DNA of 64,000 nucleotides, from positions 8,000,001 through 8,064,000 of the forward strand of contig NC_045696.1 in the NCBI RefSeq assembly GCF_009834535.1, in the 5' to 3' direction. This document shows positions 51,001-61,337 of the stretch, piece after piece. The notes beneath the pieces are model-generated. The model was given only the letters and a program-made list of their open reading frames with translations, made no database searches and had not been told where the DNA came from. Position 1 is the first letter of the stretch. Every line of letters starts with the position of its first letter. Origin of the DNA: Camelus ferus. Taxonomy: Eukaryota. Position numbers and translations under genes: made by a program.

Positions 51001-54000
51001 TTGTAAATGTCAAATGTATCCTCAACTTGGAGTTATGAAAAAATTTCAGCACAAAAAAGGGGAAAAGTTAGTGTATGTCATCATAGTGACAATGTTATTA
51101 TCATATCAACATTATCACACTGAGATCTTACTGTCTTCAATCTTAAAAACATGCCCATCTCTAAGGTCAAATCTCAGAGATATTTATCACAAAATTATAT
51201 TAACGTACATTATTTGTAGGCTATACATAATTTATTGCTTTAAGATAGCAATTAATGTGTGTGTGTATGTATAGATTCTAGAATATTTTAAATTTTAAAA
51301 AAGAGACATACTCTGAATTTTTTATCTAGAGTAACTTTACGTTTTGATTGAATTAATCAATATGGCCATCACAGGATATATACTGATTCTAGTATTTCCA
51401 ATTCAAATAATTAACCACATCATGAAAGAACTTTTATAAGCACTGTTAGACCTGATAACTTTGCAATTAAAAAACTGGTTTCTAAGTAAATAAAACAACC
51501 AGTGCACACATGACAAATTTAATAAATGGGTTCATGTCTGAGATACTTTCACTTAGAGACTGCTGGCAGCATTTATAACACAAGTGGGTAACATAATTTC
51601 CATTATTTGATGATTTCCTCATTCCCACAAAGAGAGTGGAATACATACCCTTAGGGAATAGTCACTCTCAGGGGCAATTTGGTCCATCCTTTCTTGCTTC
51701 TTGTACCCTTTCTTTCCTGCTGTCTCATCTAAATCTTCTGGAATCCTGATGTCATATTTATCCTTATCAAAATCAAACTCTGTTGCACTTTTGTAGCTAT
51801 AAAAATAATAATTTTTTAAAAGAGCTAAATTTTAACTTCACCATAAGCAAGCAAATAACTATTAGTTAACAAAGATATAAACCTTACTGTTAATTGACAT
51901 CCAACTTTTTCATTAGCTTGGAGTCATGGTCAGGGTAGTTGGGGGAACAAAAGCAAGGGGGAAAAAAAGAGAGAAAGAAGGAAAAAAGAAAAGGAAGAAA
52001 AAAGAAGCGAAGAGAAGAGAAAAGGAATCCAGGAAGGTACAGAAAAAGTGTATTCACCCACACTGCTGGTGGGAATGTCAAGTGGTAGAAGCACTTTCTG
52101 ACTGTTTCTTAAAAAACTAAACATGCAACTATCATGTGACCCAACAATTTTACACTCTTGGGCATTTATCCTAGAAATATAATCGTATTTCCACAAAAAC
52201 CTGTATGCACATATTTTATAGCTTTATTTGTAATAACTGAAAATTGTAAACAATGCAGATATCCTTTAACAGATGACTGGTAAACACACTGTGGTCCATC
52301 CATACAATGCAGTATCACTCAGCAAGAAAAAGGAAAACAAATGAACAAACACAAGAACCTGGATGAATCTGCAGAGAATTATGCTAAATGAAAAAAACCT
52401 AATCCCAAAAGGTTTCACACTGTATGATTCCAGTTATATAATATACTTAAAATGACAAAGTTACAGAAATGGACATGTTAGAGGTTGCCAGGGATTAAGG
52501 AGTGGATATGGACAGAAAAGGGATCTCTGTAGTGACGAAAACGTCCTGTATCTTGACTGTACCAATGTCAATATCAATAGTACTACTGTACTACAGTGTT
52601 CCAAGATGTTACCACTGGGGAAAATGGGTAAAGGGTACATGAGATCTAGTATTTCTTATAACTACACATGAATCTACAATTATCTCAAAAAATTTTTAAA
52701 AATGGGGTGGGGGGAGGGGAGACAAATGAAAAAAGACAAAAGAAAAAGAATACAGAAGCTCAGAAAAGCACAAGAATTAAAGAATTTTAGACATCACTAT
52801 TTGTAGTTTATTCCTATGGTCTAATATTTCTTAGATTTCTCAATATCACATTCATCCTAAATTTTAAAACCTTATTTGCAAAGGATTTTATCCTCACAAG
52901 GACTTAGGAACACAGAAGTCTCATCTGTATTACTTTCATTAACTATGCCATAAAATGAGGACCATCCGATGTTTCTACTCTGTGTAACAATGGATGGATG
53001 TAACGAAGTCGTTCCCACACATGCACTTTACTTCCCAAATGGTTAACAATTAGCTGAACATTTACCTTCTGAGATTCCAAATAATGATCCTTGTCCCCTT
53101 CTTACCAATGATAGCATCGAGTTCTGCCAGTAATTTCTGTTCCGTAGAAAACAGAGAATGTTCCAGAATTGCAGCAAGGCTTGCTTTTGATTCTGTCGAA
53201 TTAATTATCTGTCGTATATCCTAAGTTAAAGACTTAGACCAATGACATACTTTTCACAATTATAATATGGAAACCAACACAAACAGAAAAATCATTTCCT
53301 AAACTATTTTCTAAGTTTTACAATGATAGTCTGACTTCAACTGAACACCAAGAAGAATAAAATATGAGCAAGCCTATTATTATTCTTAACTAATTTAATG
53401 ATTTCCAATATTTGAATGTGTTTATACAGAAGACATTTTCCTAAAGATATCTTGCTTTTCATGGTTGTTGAAGAAAATTTCGAGTCAGATCGTTAAGTCT
53501 TAATAGACCACGGTAAGACTGAAATGAAGAAGAGAGCTACGGGAAGCTCAACATAAAATGCGATCACTTTATGTTAAGGATTTCCATGGCACAATTCCAA
53601 CAGAGAACAGAAAAGAATAAATGTTTAGCCTCAGATGTAGGGCAGAGGCAGTGGATAGGAACAAGAGCTAGAATGGAAAGCGTGATTGAAAAACAAGAAT
53701 CTGGAGGGGAGGGCAAAGGATGGAATGGTTCATAATATTTCTTCAGAGTTTCAATTTCGAAATCAAAAGGATATGGTTTTTGTTGAATGCCACTATTGGG
53801 ACAACAACATGTTCTGCTTTTATGACTTCCAAGTAGGTCTGAGACAAGAAGCCCACGCTCATGCTTTCTCCATTTTTGGTAAAAACAATTGCATCTTTAC
53901 CCAAACGCATAGAACCTGACTTGAAGCCATTCCCATACAATCCAACTGGGACGTGACCATTCATGGTGACTTTGTCACTGAAGCCAAAGCTAAAAAGAAA

Positions 54001-56891
54001 AAAAATTAAATAATAGGTATAAACTTCATTTATTTCAATTCAAAAGCTGTAATATCAAGTAACAAGCCTAAATTTGAATGCTGGCCTCATCCTTCCTAGT
54101 TGTATAATCTTGGGTAAATTACTTTTAATCAATCTGTCTTAATCTGTTTTCCCATCTCTGAAATGAAGGAAACCAAATCCACATCACAGGGATGCAAGGA
54201 CTGCACATAATGAACAGGAGCTCATTGCCTGGCACATCCTGGCTAAATGGCCGAATTATAATTTAGGCTCCTGTGATCTTGAGATGACACCCCACGAAGT
54301 CTCTTCCTCTAAGTGTGAATGATTCTCTTATTCTCAGCAAGCCTGCTGTACTATGATTACCGATGGAGTCAATGTGACTGTTTGGCAGTATAAGGAGCAT
54401 TTGAGGGACAGGAGAAAGGTCTCTGCTGCCAAATCCTCCTTCTACCCTGTACCTGTACCAGTATCTCAGGTTCCATTTCAGGCACATTTGGCTTCATCCT
54501 GACATTCTGTTCTGTGACTCTAGAGTCCAAGGCCTATGCCTATGCTACTTCCTCATCCTCTGACTCATTCAAAAATTACCAGTCCCCCTTCCCCAAAGTA
54601 TTATGTTTCATTAGTTCAAACTAATTCCACAAAAGCATAAATAATTGATGTTAATGTGCTACAACTCTAAAGGAACAGTGGAATTTTAGGTAAGTCAGAC
54701 ATGGGGAGGGGTGATGAGAATGACAGGGATTGCCTAATAATCTAACAGCAGTAGAAAATGACAGAAGACTTAGAGAATAGAGCATACCAGGTATACATTT
54801 TATGTTTAAAAGATAACTACAGGCAATACGTATGACACATGAAACACCTGAACAAGGTAAAAGCAAATGATTTTATCAAGTGTGACACTTTTACATACCT
54901 TAGCATTTTATGTAATTTGTCTGAGGTCATACCATTCCCATTATCAGTGAATGTCAGGCATATATGGTCATTTATCACTGTTTTGTCAATCCATATCTGT
55001 TTAGCATTCACATCAGGATCATAAGCATTATCTGGGAACCAGAAGTTTTGAGAAATTTTGATTTTGCATTTAAAGAAGAGCAATTAGTTCTGAACAATCC
55101 TTTAACAAGAAACAGGACAATGTGTTTTAAGGAAATTTGAAAGTTGAAATGTTTAGGAATTCCTAAGACTTTACAACATGAAATCTAAACTGTACTGTGC
55201 CATATATCATTCATTGACTATTACAGAATTAATTCTATCCAAAGCCCTCCATTTGTTATATAGAGAGCCAAGCTGGTACCCACTACACTGAAAAAGTGTA
55301 AAGCAAGAAGTATCACTGCACTAAACAGATGAACAAGACAGGAAGGTCTTCTTCTGCCCGAAGAACTAGCCTAGCTATCATAAGGGAAACTGAGAGCTGG
55401 GTGTCAACAGCACTACAAGTTGACATGGAAGGTCCACAATGTGGTTACCTGAATAAATGGGGAAAAAGTATGCTCATCTACGTACACAGATGCAGGTTTG
55501 CCTTCTATATACAGTTCTTCAAATTGTGGCCCTTTTCAATCCAACAAAAGTTTCTGATGGCTTGTACATTTCTCTCATCTTTGTACCCCTTCACATTTAA
55601 CACCCTTGCCTAGCATACTTGTTTCTCTCAGAATAGGTTAAGTATGAAGGAATATATGACAGAAAAACAAACAAACAAAAGTTCAGCAATAGCTAATAGT
55701 AATAAAATCAACTTGTGAACTAAGATCTGAATATCCCTAACTGACGAAAAATACTTCTTGAGACATATTTTGAAGTCTTTATTATAACACAATGATTCCC
55801 AAATTATCCTTCCATAAGACCACAATTAAAATCAAATAACCTTTCATCAATCACTTTAACTTCATAAAAAAAGCTTAAAATTTGATACACCACAAAGAGC
55901 ACCATGACTTTCAGTTGCTCTAATCCAAAGCTAGAGAAGCACTATGTATGAATGAACAATCCCAGGCTGAGGAGCTCCTCCAGGTTGCCATAAAAAAGAA
56001 TGAACATGAAAAGCTGCAACGTTATTTAATGTGCACTTCAGAGTTTACATGTGAACAGCACACGTTAGCTGTGAGACTTTAGAATATCTAGCTATATCGA
56101 AGAAAAGAAGGGTCCTGAAATTTTCTTTCCTTTTCTTACACATCCAACATAGGACCCTTCTTTGATATAGAATCTATATCTAAGAATTCCTGAGGATATA
56201 GTTTTCCTTTATTATCTGTTTCTCAAATAGGCTTAAATTTTAAAATTCATGTATATCAATTTAATTAAGAAAAAATCATGACCTATAATGCAAATCCGAT
56301 CACAATCTTGCTTTTCTCATGTTCATTAAAACATTTTTAAATACAATCTTATATCTTGATCATTCTATCTATTGGAAAAACCAAGAAATTATCACAAATC
56401 TAACATATAACATTAATCCTTCTATTTACTAACAACAGAAAAATGAATCCACCGTTATAAATATTTTCCAACTATTAAAAAAATATATAACTCTAACTTT
56501 CTGGCAACAGTCCTATTTCTTTTATAATCAGAATAAAAATATTTTCAACATAAAAGCCATATGAACTTCGCAAATTAAAATACTTTGATTTGATAGGAGT
56601 ACAGGGAAATAATTTGATAATAGTATAGGGAAGGCTGAGCAGTGATTAATTTGACATCCACTTGAACAGTTGTTACACTAGGTAAGCTTTACCAATGTTA
56701 TCACTGAGATACACTTGGCTTTTTAAAAAAGCACATCTGCATAACACTTTTCAATAAAAACTTTTTAGAACTTCAATTTGCAAGCAACAGATTAGATATG
56801 AAACATCATTTTACATACCTATTAATTCAGCAACCGCACTAAATGGCCAAGTGTGACTAGTAGAATTTGTATGTAAAAACTTCGGGCAAAG
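29607..56891 (-). CDS. MORC3: MORC family CW-type zinc finger protein 3 (NXP2), coding exons 2-17; 5'-partial, exon 1 outside the window
   Basis: GHKL ATPase motifs ([35 protein letters not shown]), CW finger ([11 protein letters not shown]...WYC), coiled coils and C-terminus [11 protein letters not shown]. 16 exons total 2778 nt and stay in frame. Confidence 0.98.
30910..31205. mobile_element. MER33/MER3-like hAT remnant
   Basis: TAGCCACATTAAAAA...GCACATCTCAATTCAGACTAG...AGCCAAATGTGGCTA. Confidence 0.6.
32292..32449 (-). CDS. MORC3: MORC3 exon 16 ([19 protein letters not shown]...TDGE)
   Basis: tgtcag|GTT...AAG|gtaata; 158 nt. Confidence 0.95.
33105..33243 (+). mobile_element. tRNA-derived SINE (vic-1-like)
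   Basis: Intact head and A-rich tail; 16-bp TSD AAAGACTAYATTTCCA at 33089-33104 and 33244-33259. Confidence 0.9.
33911..34796 (-). CDS. MORC3: MORC3 exon 15 (LKRRLSTR...DEDVIILEE...YKSE): SUMO-interacting motif, SUMO sites, TQT motif, coiled coil
   Basis: ttctag|CCT...GAG|gtgagt; 886 nt; contains most of ORF 33851-34762. Confidence 0.96.
37513..37676 (-). CDS. MORC3: MORC3 exon 14 ([11 protein letters not shown]...SEPENN)
   Basis: caacag|ATT...CAG|gtatgg; 164 nt. Confidence 0.92.
37815..37962 (+). mobile_element. MER58-like hAT remnant
   Basis: CCACAAAGCCTAAAATATTTACTACTTGGCCTTTTATAGAAAGATTTGCTGACCCTG. Confidence 0.65.
37988..38078 (+). mobile_element. tRNA-derived SINE (vic-1-like, short form)
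   Basis: Head plus poly(A); TSD CTTATAGAGAT at 37977-37987 and 38080-38090. Confidence 0.88.
38340..39120 (+). mobile_element. Rearranged L1 3' fragments (ORF2 piece and 3' UTR) with internal (CA)n tracts and a foreign insert
   Basis: AATGGGACCTAATTAAACTTAAAAGCTTTTGCACAGCAAAGG; ATGGAATATTACTCAGCC; CCAGAAACTAACACAATATTGTAAATCAAC followed by an A tail. Confidence 0.8.
38503..38557 (+). repeat. (AC)n microsatellite
   Basis: More than 20 uninterrupted AC units. Confidence 0.95.
39255..39300 (-). CDS. MORC3: MORC3 exon 13 ([15 protein letters not shown])
   Basis: tttaag|AGA...CGG|gtaatt; 46 nt; restores phase. Confidence 0.9.
40310..40384 (-). CDS. MORC3: MORC3 exon 12 ([24 protein letters not shown])
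   Basis: gattag|AAG...GAA|gtgagt; 75 nt. Confidence 0.94.
40491..40613 (-). CDS. MORC3: MORC3 exon 11 (CW zinc finger [17 protein letters not shown]...PDPQF)
   Basis: ttacag|GAA...CAG|gtacca; 123 nt. Confidence 0.96.
41480..41680 (-). mobile_element. MIR SINE
   Basis: CCATTTTACAAATGATAAAATGGAAGCTTACAAGAGGTCAAGTAAC...GTCACACAGC. Confidence 0.65.
41905..41987 (+). mobile_element. tRNA-derived SINE (vic-1-like, short form)
   Basis: TCAGTGGTAGAGTGCATGCTTAGCATGCACAAGGTCCTGGGTTCAATCCCCAG; flanked by AAAAAGTTTAC direct repeats. Confidence 0.85.
42058..42162 (-). CDS. MORC3: MORC3 exon 10 ([18 protein letters not shown]...VEDIQ)
   Basis: tttaag|GCT...ACA|gtaagt; 105 nt. Confidence 0.95.
42980..44880 (-). 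mobile_element. Old L1M ORF2/3' remnant
   Basis: T-rich decayed L1 antisense motifs (ATACCCAGGAGTGGAACTG, TGACATTTTATAATATT, GAATTACATTGATTTCCGAATATT); boundaries approximate. Confidence 0.6.
44896..45564 (+). mobile_element. Probable ERVL-class solo LTR inserted into the old L1
   Basis: GC-richer 669-bp block with TG...CA ends; 3' end TTCTGTCTCAGGACTGTACTCTGAATGACA resembles LTR16/33-type termini; no clear TSD. Confidence 0.45.
46163..46260 (-). CDS. MORC3: MORC3 exon 9 ([32 protein letters not shown])
   Basis: tttcag|GCA...CAG|gtatgt; 98 nt. Confidence 0.96.
46676..46840 (+). mobile_element. tRNA-derived SINE (vic-1-like)
   Basis: Diverged head, (TAAA)n and A-rich tail; AAAATTAAAGT on both sides. 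Confidence 0.82.
47150..47745 (+). mobile_element. 5'-truncated L1 3' end
   Basis: Closely similar to 21117-21811; ends GCTGTACACCAGAAACTAAC...AAAAAA. Confidence 0.88.
48128..48765 (-). mobile_element. 5'-truncated L1 3' end, inverted relative to 47150-47745
   Basis: TTAATTGAAGTACAGTTGATTTATAAT...GCTATGAACATTGGGA. Confidence 0.88.
49554..49676 (-). CDS. MORC3: MORC3 exon 8 ([20 protein letters not shown]...VGCQLR)
   Basis: ttaag|ACT...AGG|gtaagc; 123 nt. Confidence 0.94.
49677..49874 (-). other. MORC3: MORC3 intron 7: U12-type GT-AG intron (198 nt)
   Basis: 5' GTATCCTTTT; consensus branch TTTTCCTTAAC followed by ATTTAAG|; no polypyrimidine tract. Confidence 0.93.
49875..50003 (-). CDS. MORC3: MORC3 exon 7 ([15 protein letters not shown]...YRPKFL)
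   Basis: tgcag|GCT...TTA|gtatcctttt (U12 GT donor); 129 nt. Confidence 0.95.
51649..51796 (-). CDS. MORC3: MORC3 exon 6 ([19 protein letters not shown]...DYSLR)
   Basis: ttatag|CTA...AGG|gtatgt; 148 nt. Confidence 0.96.
52040..52700 (+). mobile_element. Old L1M (L1MC/MD-like) 3' end
   Basis: CTGCTGGTGGGAATG, CTTGGGCATTTATCCTAGAAAT, CAAGATGTTACCACTGGGG. Confidence 0.75.
53066..53213 (-). CDS. MORC3: MORC3 exon 5 ([13 protein letters not shown]...IWNLR)
   Basis: atac|GAC...AAG|gtaaat; 148 nt. Confidence 0.94.
53214..53774 (-). other. MORC3: MORC3 intron 4: U12-type AT-AC intron (561 nt)
   Basis: 5' ATATCCTTTT, branch TCTTTAAC (53232-53225), 3' terminus TATAC|; these ends keep the reading frame. 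Confidence 0.93.
53775..53989 (-). CDS. MORC3: MORC3 exon 4 ([25 protein letters not shown]...AFNKN)
   Basis: ttttag|CTT...ACC|atatcctttt (U12 AT donor); 215 nt. Confidence 0.95.
54899..55031 (-). CDS. MORC3: MORC3 exon 3 ([12 protein letters not shown]...LHKML)
   Basis: cccag|ATA...AAG|gtatgt; 133 nt. Confidence 0.96.
56819..56891 (-). CDS. MORC3: MORC3 exon 2 ([24 protein letters not shown])
   Basis: tttcag|CTT...TAG|gtatgt; 73 nt. Confidence 0.96.
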
Positions 56892-58594
56892 CTGAAACAA
56901 ATCAATGATTCACATAAATTAATTAAGGTCTTAATTTTGAGAAAAGAAGCCAAAATGACTTTCTATTTCAGTATTAACAGAGACCAAGCAAAACTTAGCT
57001 GTTTGCCTCAGGATATACCTGGAAGATATAACCTAGCTTAGATTCCTGGAAGATATGGCTGTAAATCAACTAAACAGTTTCTCATCAAGATTTGCTGCAA
57101 AACCTTTGCCTCCTTGTGTCTATCAGTCCAGAGCCATATCATACAGTGCCCAGCCCCAATGCTATCCACCCTGGAAGCCCGACCTCAAAATTACCATGAG
57201 ATAAAACTAAGACTTTGTCAAAGAGGTGTTTTCTCCTTTAGTGCATTAGAGTTAATAAACTTAGCTTTGCTTATTAATCAATGGACTTTTCTCATGGTCT
57301 CTCCAACTTCATTACAGTTGAACTTGTGGCAGTGGAATCACATATATCTATAAAGCCTTCAAACAATGTCAAACAACAGTTCAAATGCAACGAAACTTCT
57401 TGATCTCCATTTTATGTCTGATTTTACATGGTAATACAGTATGGAAGACTATGTCAATCAACCTCATGCTATAGGAAACTAAATTTCTGAGTAATATAGA
57501 CATCAAATGTATAAAAGTGTACAGAATGGTTTGAAAAGGCTGAGGCTTGAAGATTTCAATATGGAGTATCTCCATGGAATGAGGACATTTTTGTGTTCAT
57601 TTTGAACAGATTATCTCATATTTAAGGGGAAAAAGGAGGCACTTTAAGTGTTTCCTGTGAAGAGCCCTAGAAATTTGATAAGATTATAAATTGAACCAGC
57701 TGTCTTTGTATTGTTCAGCTGCTGCCACAAGGTGTCAGAAAGAGGTCTACTTTTCTCTGTTCACCCTTGATTTTAGACAATTCCCAAGCATGTGTTTAGA
57801 GTACACATGTGAGAAATGGTATTCGGTAGAAGAGTGGTCTTCAAACTGGAGTTTATGTAATTTGGACTTTCTATGGTATACAAACATGTAATATGGCATA
57901 CATTATGTAATAATGGAGTATAAGTAATTGAGATTTTCTAAAAACAAAGAGCTTTTACAATGAAAATCAATTTCCAAAACTTCACACTGCACAAGAAAAC
58001 TTTTTTCAAATTCGTTTATTTGAGATTTTACCTGAGGTCAGCCCTTGGGAAGATCTTCCTGTCCCAATTCCTCCCCTTACACAACTATCATCCCCCCATT
58101 TAAAAAAGAATGTCGTATTCCTCAACGATTCTCAATCTTTCTATGGGGCATGACCTTGGGGTGTAAAAATCTCTGGTACCAAGGGAGAAAATGATTAATC
58201 AACACTCGAAACCCTTAGTTTGCCTCTATTTTATTCATTTGTTAGATGTGAAGTATGGAATTAGAAATGAGGTATTTTGGTCCATATCATAATACTTTGA
58301 TTTCACATGTGGACAGGAATGTCAATTTTATGTCAATAAATTCCAATGTCAATGTCAATTCATTTAATGAATTCATCCTATACACCAACTCCAAACTGAG
58401 TCCCAGAGGAACAAAGCAAAGAAGGCATCAGTAGGAAATAATAAATCTAAACAGTGGCTTTTGGGATAATTAAGCACAAGCATTATTTTCAACTATTCTT
58501 AAGTCTCATCTCTAGAACGTGTAATTAGCTGGAAAGAAAAACACCCTTGAACAGCCAACACACACACACACATAGCAGGCAGACTATGGAGTAT

Positions 58595-58770
58595 CTAACT
58601 AGAAGTGTAATCTTGAGCAAGAAATGTAACCCTCTGTGCCTCAAGTTTTATCATCTGTAAAAATGAGGGTGATAATAGTATCAGCTTACCCAGTTGTTAA
58701 AAGAATTAAATAATTTCATATTTGTAAATGCTCAGAAGAACACTTGGGACATAATAAGCATAATAAGCAT
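58595..58770 (+). mobile_element. MIR SINE
   Basis: CTCTGTGCCTCAAGTTTTATCATCTGTAAAAATGAGGGTGATAATAGTA. Confidence 0.7.
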
Positions 58771-59971
58771 GTGTTTAAATAAAAAGTGTACCTTTAAAAG
58801 CACAATTGAGCTCATGTAAAAATAAAAAAATCTTTAAGGGCCTCAAGAAGGAATTAAAAACAAAAATAAGTTTTGAAAATGGGAATGCACTGGCGATCAG
58901 AGTGGGGTGCTTAACTGGAATACAAAGAGTTCAATTTTAATGGTGCCTAGGGACAGAAGATATGGCTGGCAGAAGAGAAGGTGGCACTTGGAAGTAACTG
59001 GCCCTATGCCTAACAGGAAGCTTGTATGTTTTTGTTTGGATTCTGGGTTTAAAAAAAAAAAATTTAACATAAAGTCCTTTAAAGAGGCATGCCTTCACTT
59101 GGGTTCAGTGTTTCAATTTATACAACATGCAGAACTACTGTGAGACACAGCCTCGACCAGACTGCATAGGATTCCCCCAGGTCAGAATTTAATATTTGAG
59201 TACACAATCTAAAGTAACATTTAAGGAAACAATCTATCAGAAGAAAACATTAGTCAACAAGATACATAAGTATTAGGATTCCCCCTCCACCCTCCACAAA
59301 CACTAGGTGAAAGAACTATCAGCCCTAATAGAAATCCCTAATTAGGGAAATAACTAGACACTTAAAAAGGAATTCTCCCCAGCAAAAAAGCACATAAAAA
59401 TGAGATGCAATGAAGGCCACACAGTTATTTTAAAGAATCAACAGAACTTTTAGACTCAACACATAGTTACAAATTTTAAAAAATCATTTAAATATAAAAC
59501 TTTATAAACATGAAAACCTGAACACATGGAGTGTACCTCTACTCCCTCCTGAAACCACTCTACAATGATGGGAAAAGAGGTATAAACCCAAAAGAACCAA
59601 AAGAATCAAAGAAGTGAGTAATAACAGTAGACAAACTTAGTAGTTCAGAAACTGGAAAGCACAGACCCGTGATAACTGATTTATTAGCCTGGAAAGAGCT
59701 AAATTCAAAGCCTGTAGGACATGGGAAAACCAACAAGCAGGCCAGGAACGTTGGCAACCCCAGACTTTTATACCTTTGAAGTCAAAGGTACTAAAAGTTA
59801 CATGAAAACAGACAGACTGAAAGTCTCTGAAAGAAGCAGTTAAGATTCTCCAGACTCATCTTTTACCCTCAGCTACCCTCAGCAAACCATGTTAAGACTG
59901 AAGTTCTCTGGAGAAACTGATGGCAGCGGACTCAGAGACAACTGAAAGCAGGTGGGTTAAAAGCAACTCAG

Positions 59972-61337
59972 CAAATAGTCCAGAAACAAACCCTCTCATA
60001 CATGGTCAAATGGTTTTTCACAAGGGTGGAATGACATTCAATAAGGGAAAGATAGTCTTTTCAACACATAGTGCTGGGAAAACTGGGTATTTATAAAAAA
60101 GAATGAAGCTGTACACTTACCCTATACCCTATACCATAAACAAAAAAACTAACTCAAAAATGAATCAAAGACCTAAACATAAGAGCTCAAACCACAAAAC
60201 TCTCAGAAGAAAACATAGGGGAAAAGTTTCATTATACTGGATTTGGCAAATTTCTTGAATATGACACCAAAAGCACAAGACACAAAAGAAAAAATAAATA
60301 AATTGAACTGTACCAAAATCTAAAACTTCTGTGTATCAGAGGACACAATCTACAGAGTGAAAAGGCAACTTACAGAATAATGGGGAAAAAATCTGCAAAT
60401 CAAGTATCTGATAAGGGGCTAATATGCCAAATATACAAAGAACTACAACTCAACAACAAGACTACAACCCGATTAAAAAATGGGCAAAGACTTTGGATAG
60501 ATATTTCTCCAAAGATGCTCAACATCTCTAATCATTAGGGAAATGAAAACCAAAACTACAATGAGATACCAAATCACACTCAATGGGATGGCTATTATTT
60601 AAAAAACCGAAAAAACAAAAACACAACAACAAAACCAGAAAATAACAAGTGTTAGGGAAACTGTGGAGAAACTGAACTCCTGTGCATCCTTTGAGGGAAT
60701 ATAAATGTGTAGGTACTGTGGAAAACAATACAGAGGCTCCTCAAAAAATTAAATATAGAATTACCATATGATTCAACAAGTCTACTTCTGGTTATATACT
60801 GTTTATATACTGAAAAGAACTGAAAGCAAGTCTTGAAGAGACGTTTGCACACCCATGTTCATTGCAGCATTATTCATAATAGACAAAAGTGGAAGCAACA
60901 CAAACGTCCACTGATGGATACTTGTGTTGGATAGATAAACAAAATGTGGTGTATTCATATGGTGGAATATTATTCAGCCTTAAAAAGGAAGAAAAATTTG
61001 ACACATGCTACAATATGAATGAACCTTGAGGACACTATGCTAAGTGAAATATGTCAATCAAGAAAGACAAATAACATACAATTCCACTTATATGATATAC
61101 CTAGAGTAGTCAAATTCACAAAAGGTTAAATGGTGGCTGCTAGGAGCTGGGGGAAGGGGGAATGGAGAGTTATTTTTTAATGGGTACCAAGTTTTAATTT
61201 TGCAAGATGAAGAGTTCTGGAGATTGGCTGTACAACAGTGTCAATGTACTTAACACTACTGAACTGCACACTTAAAAATGATCATGATGGTAAACTTTAT
61301 GTTATGTGTATTTTATCACAATAATAAACAAATAAAA
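59972..61337 (+). mobile_element. L1 (L1MA/MB-like) ORF2 3' part and 3' UTR
   Basis: CCAGAAACAAACCC...AGAAGAAAACATAGGGG...CCCATGTTCATTGCAGCATTATTC...TTATGTGTATTTTATCACAATAATAAA. Confidence 0.88.

Noticed and set aside
53221..53222. AG 7 nt upstream of the intron 4 AC terminus as the true acceptor
   Set aside because: Only 4-5 nt from the U12 branch point, and it would break the frame.
57012..57056. Short direct repeat CCTGGAAGATAT x2, and TGTCAAT repeats near 58320-58360
   Set aside because: Small slippage-type duplications with no spacer-array structure and no sign of function; not CRISPR-like.
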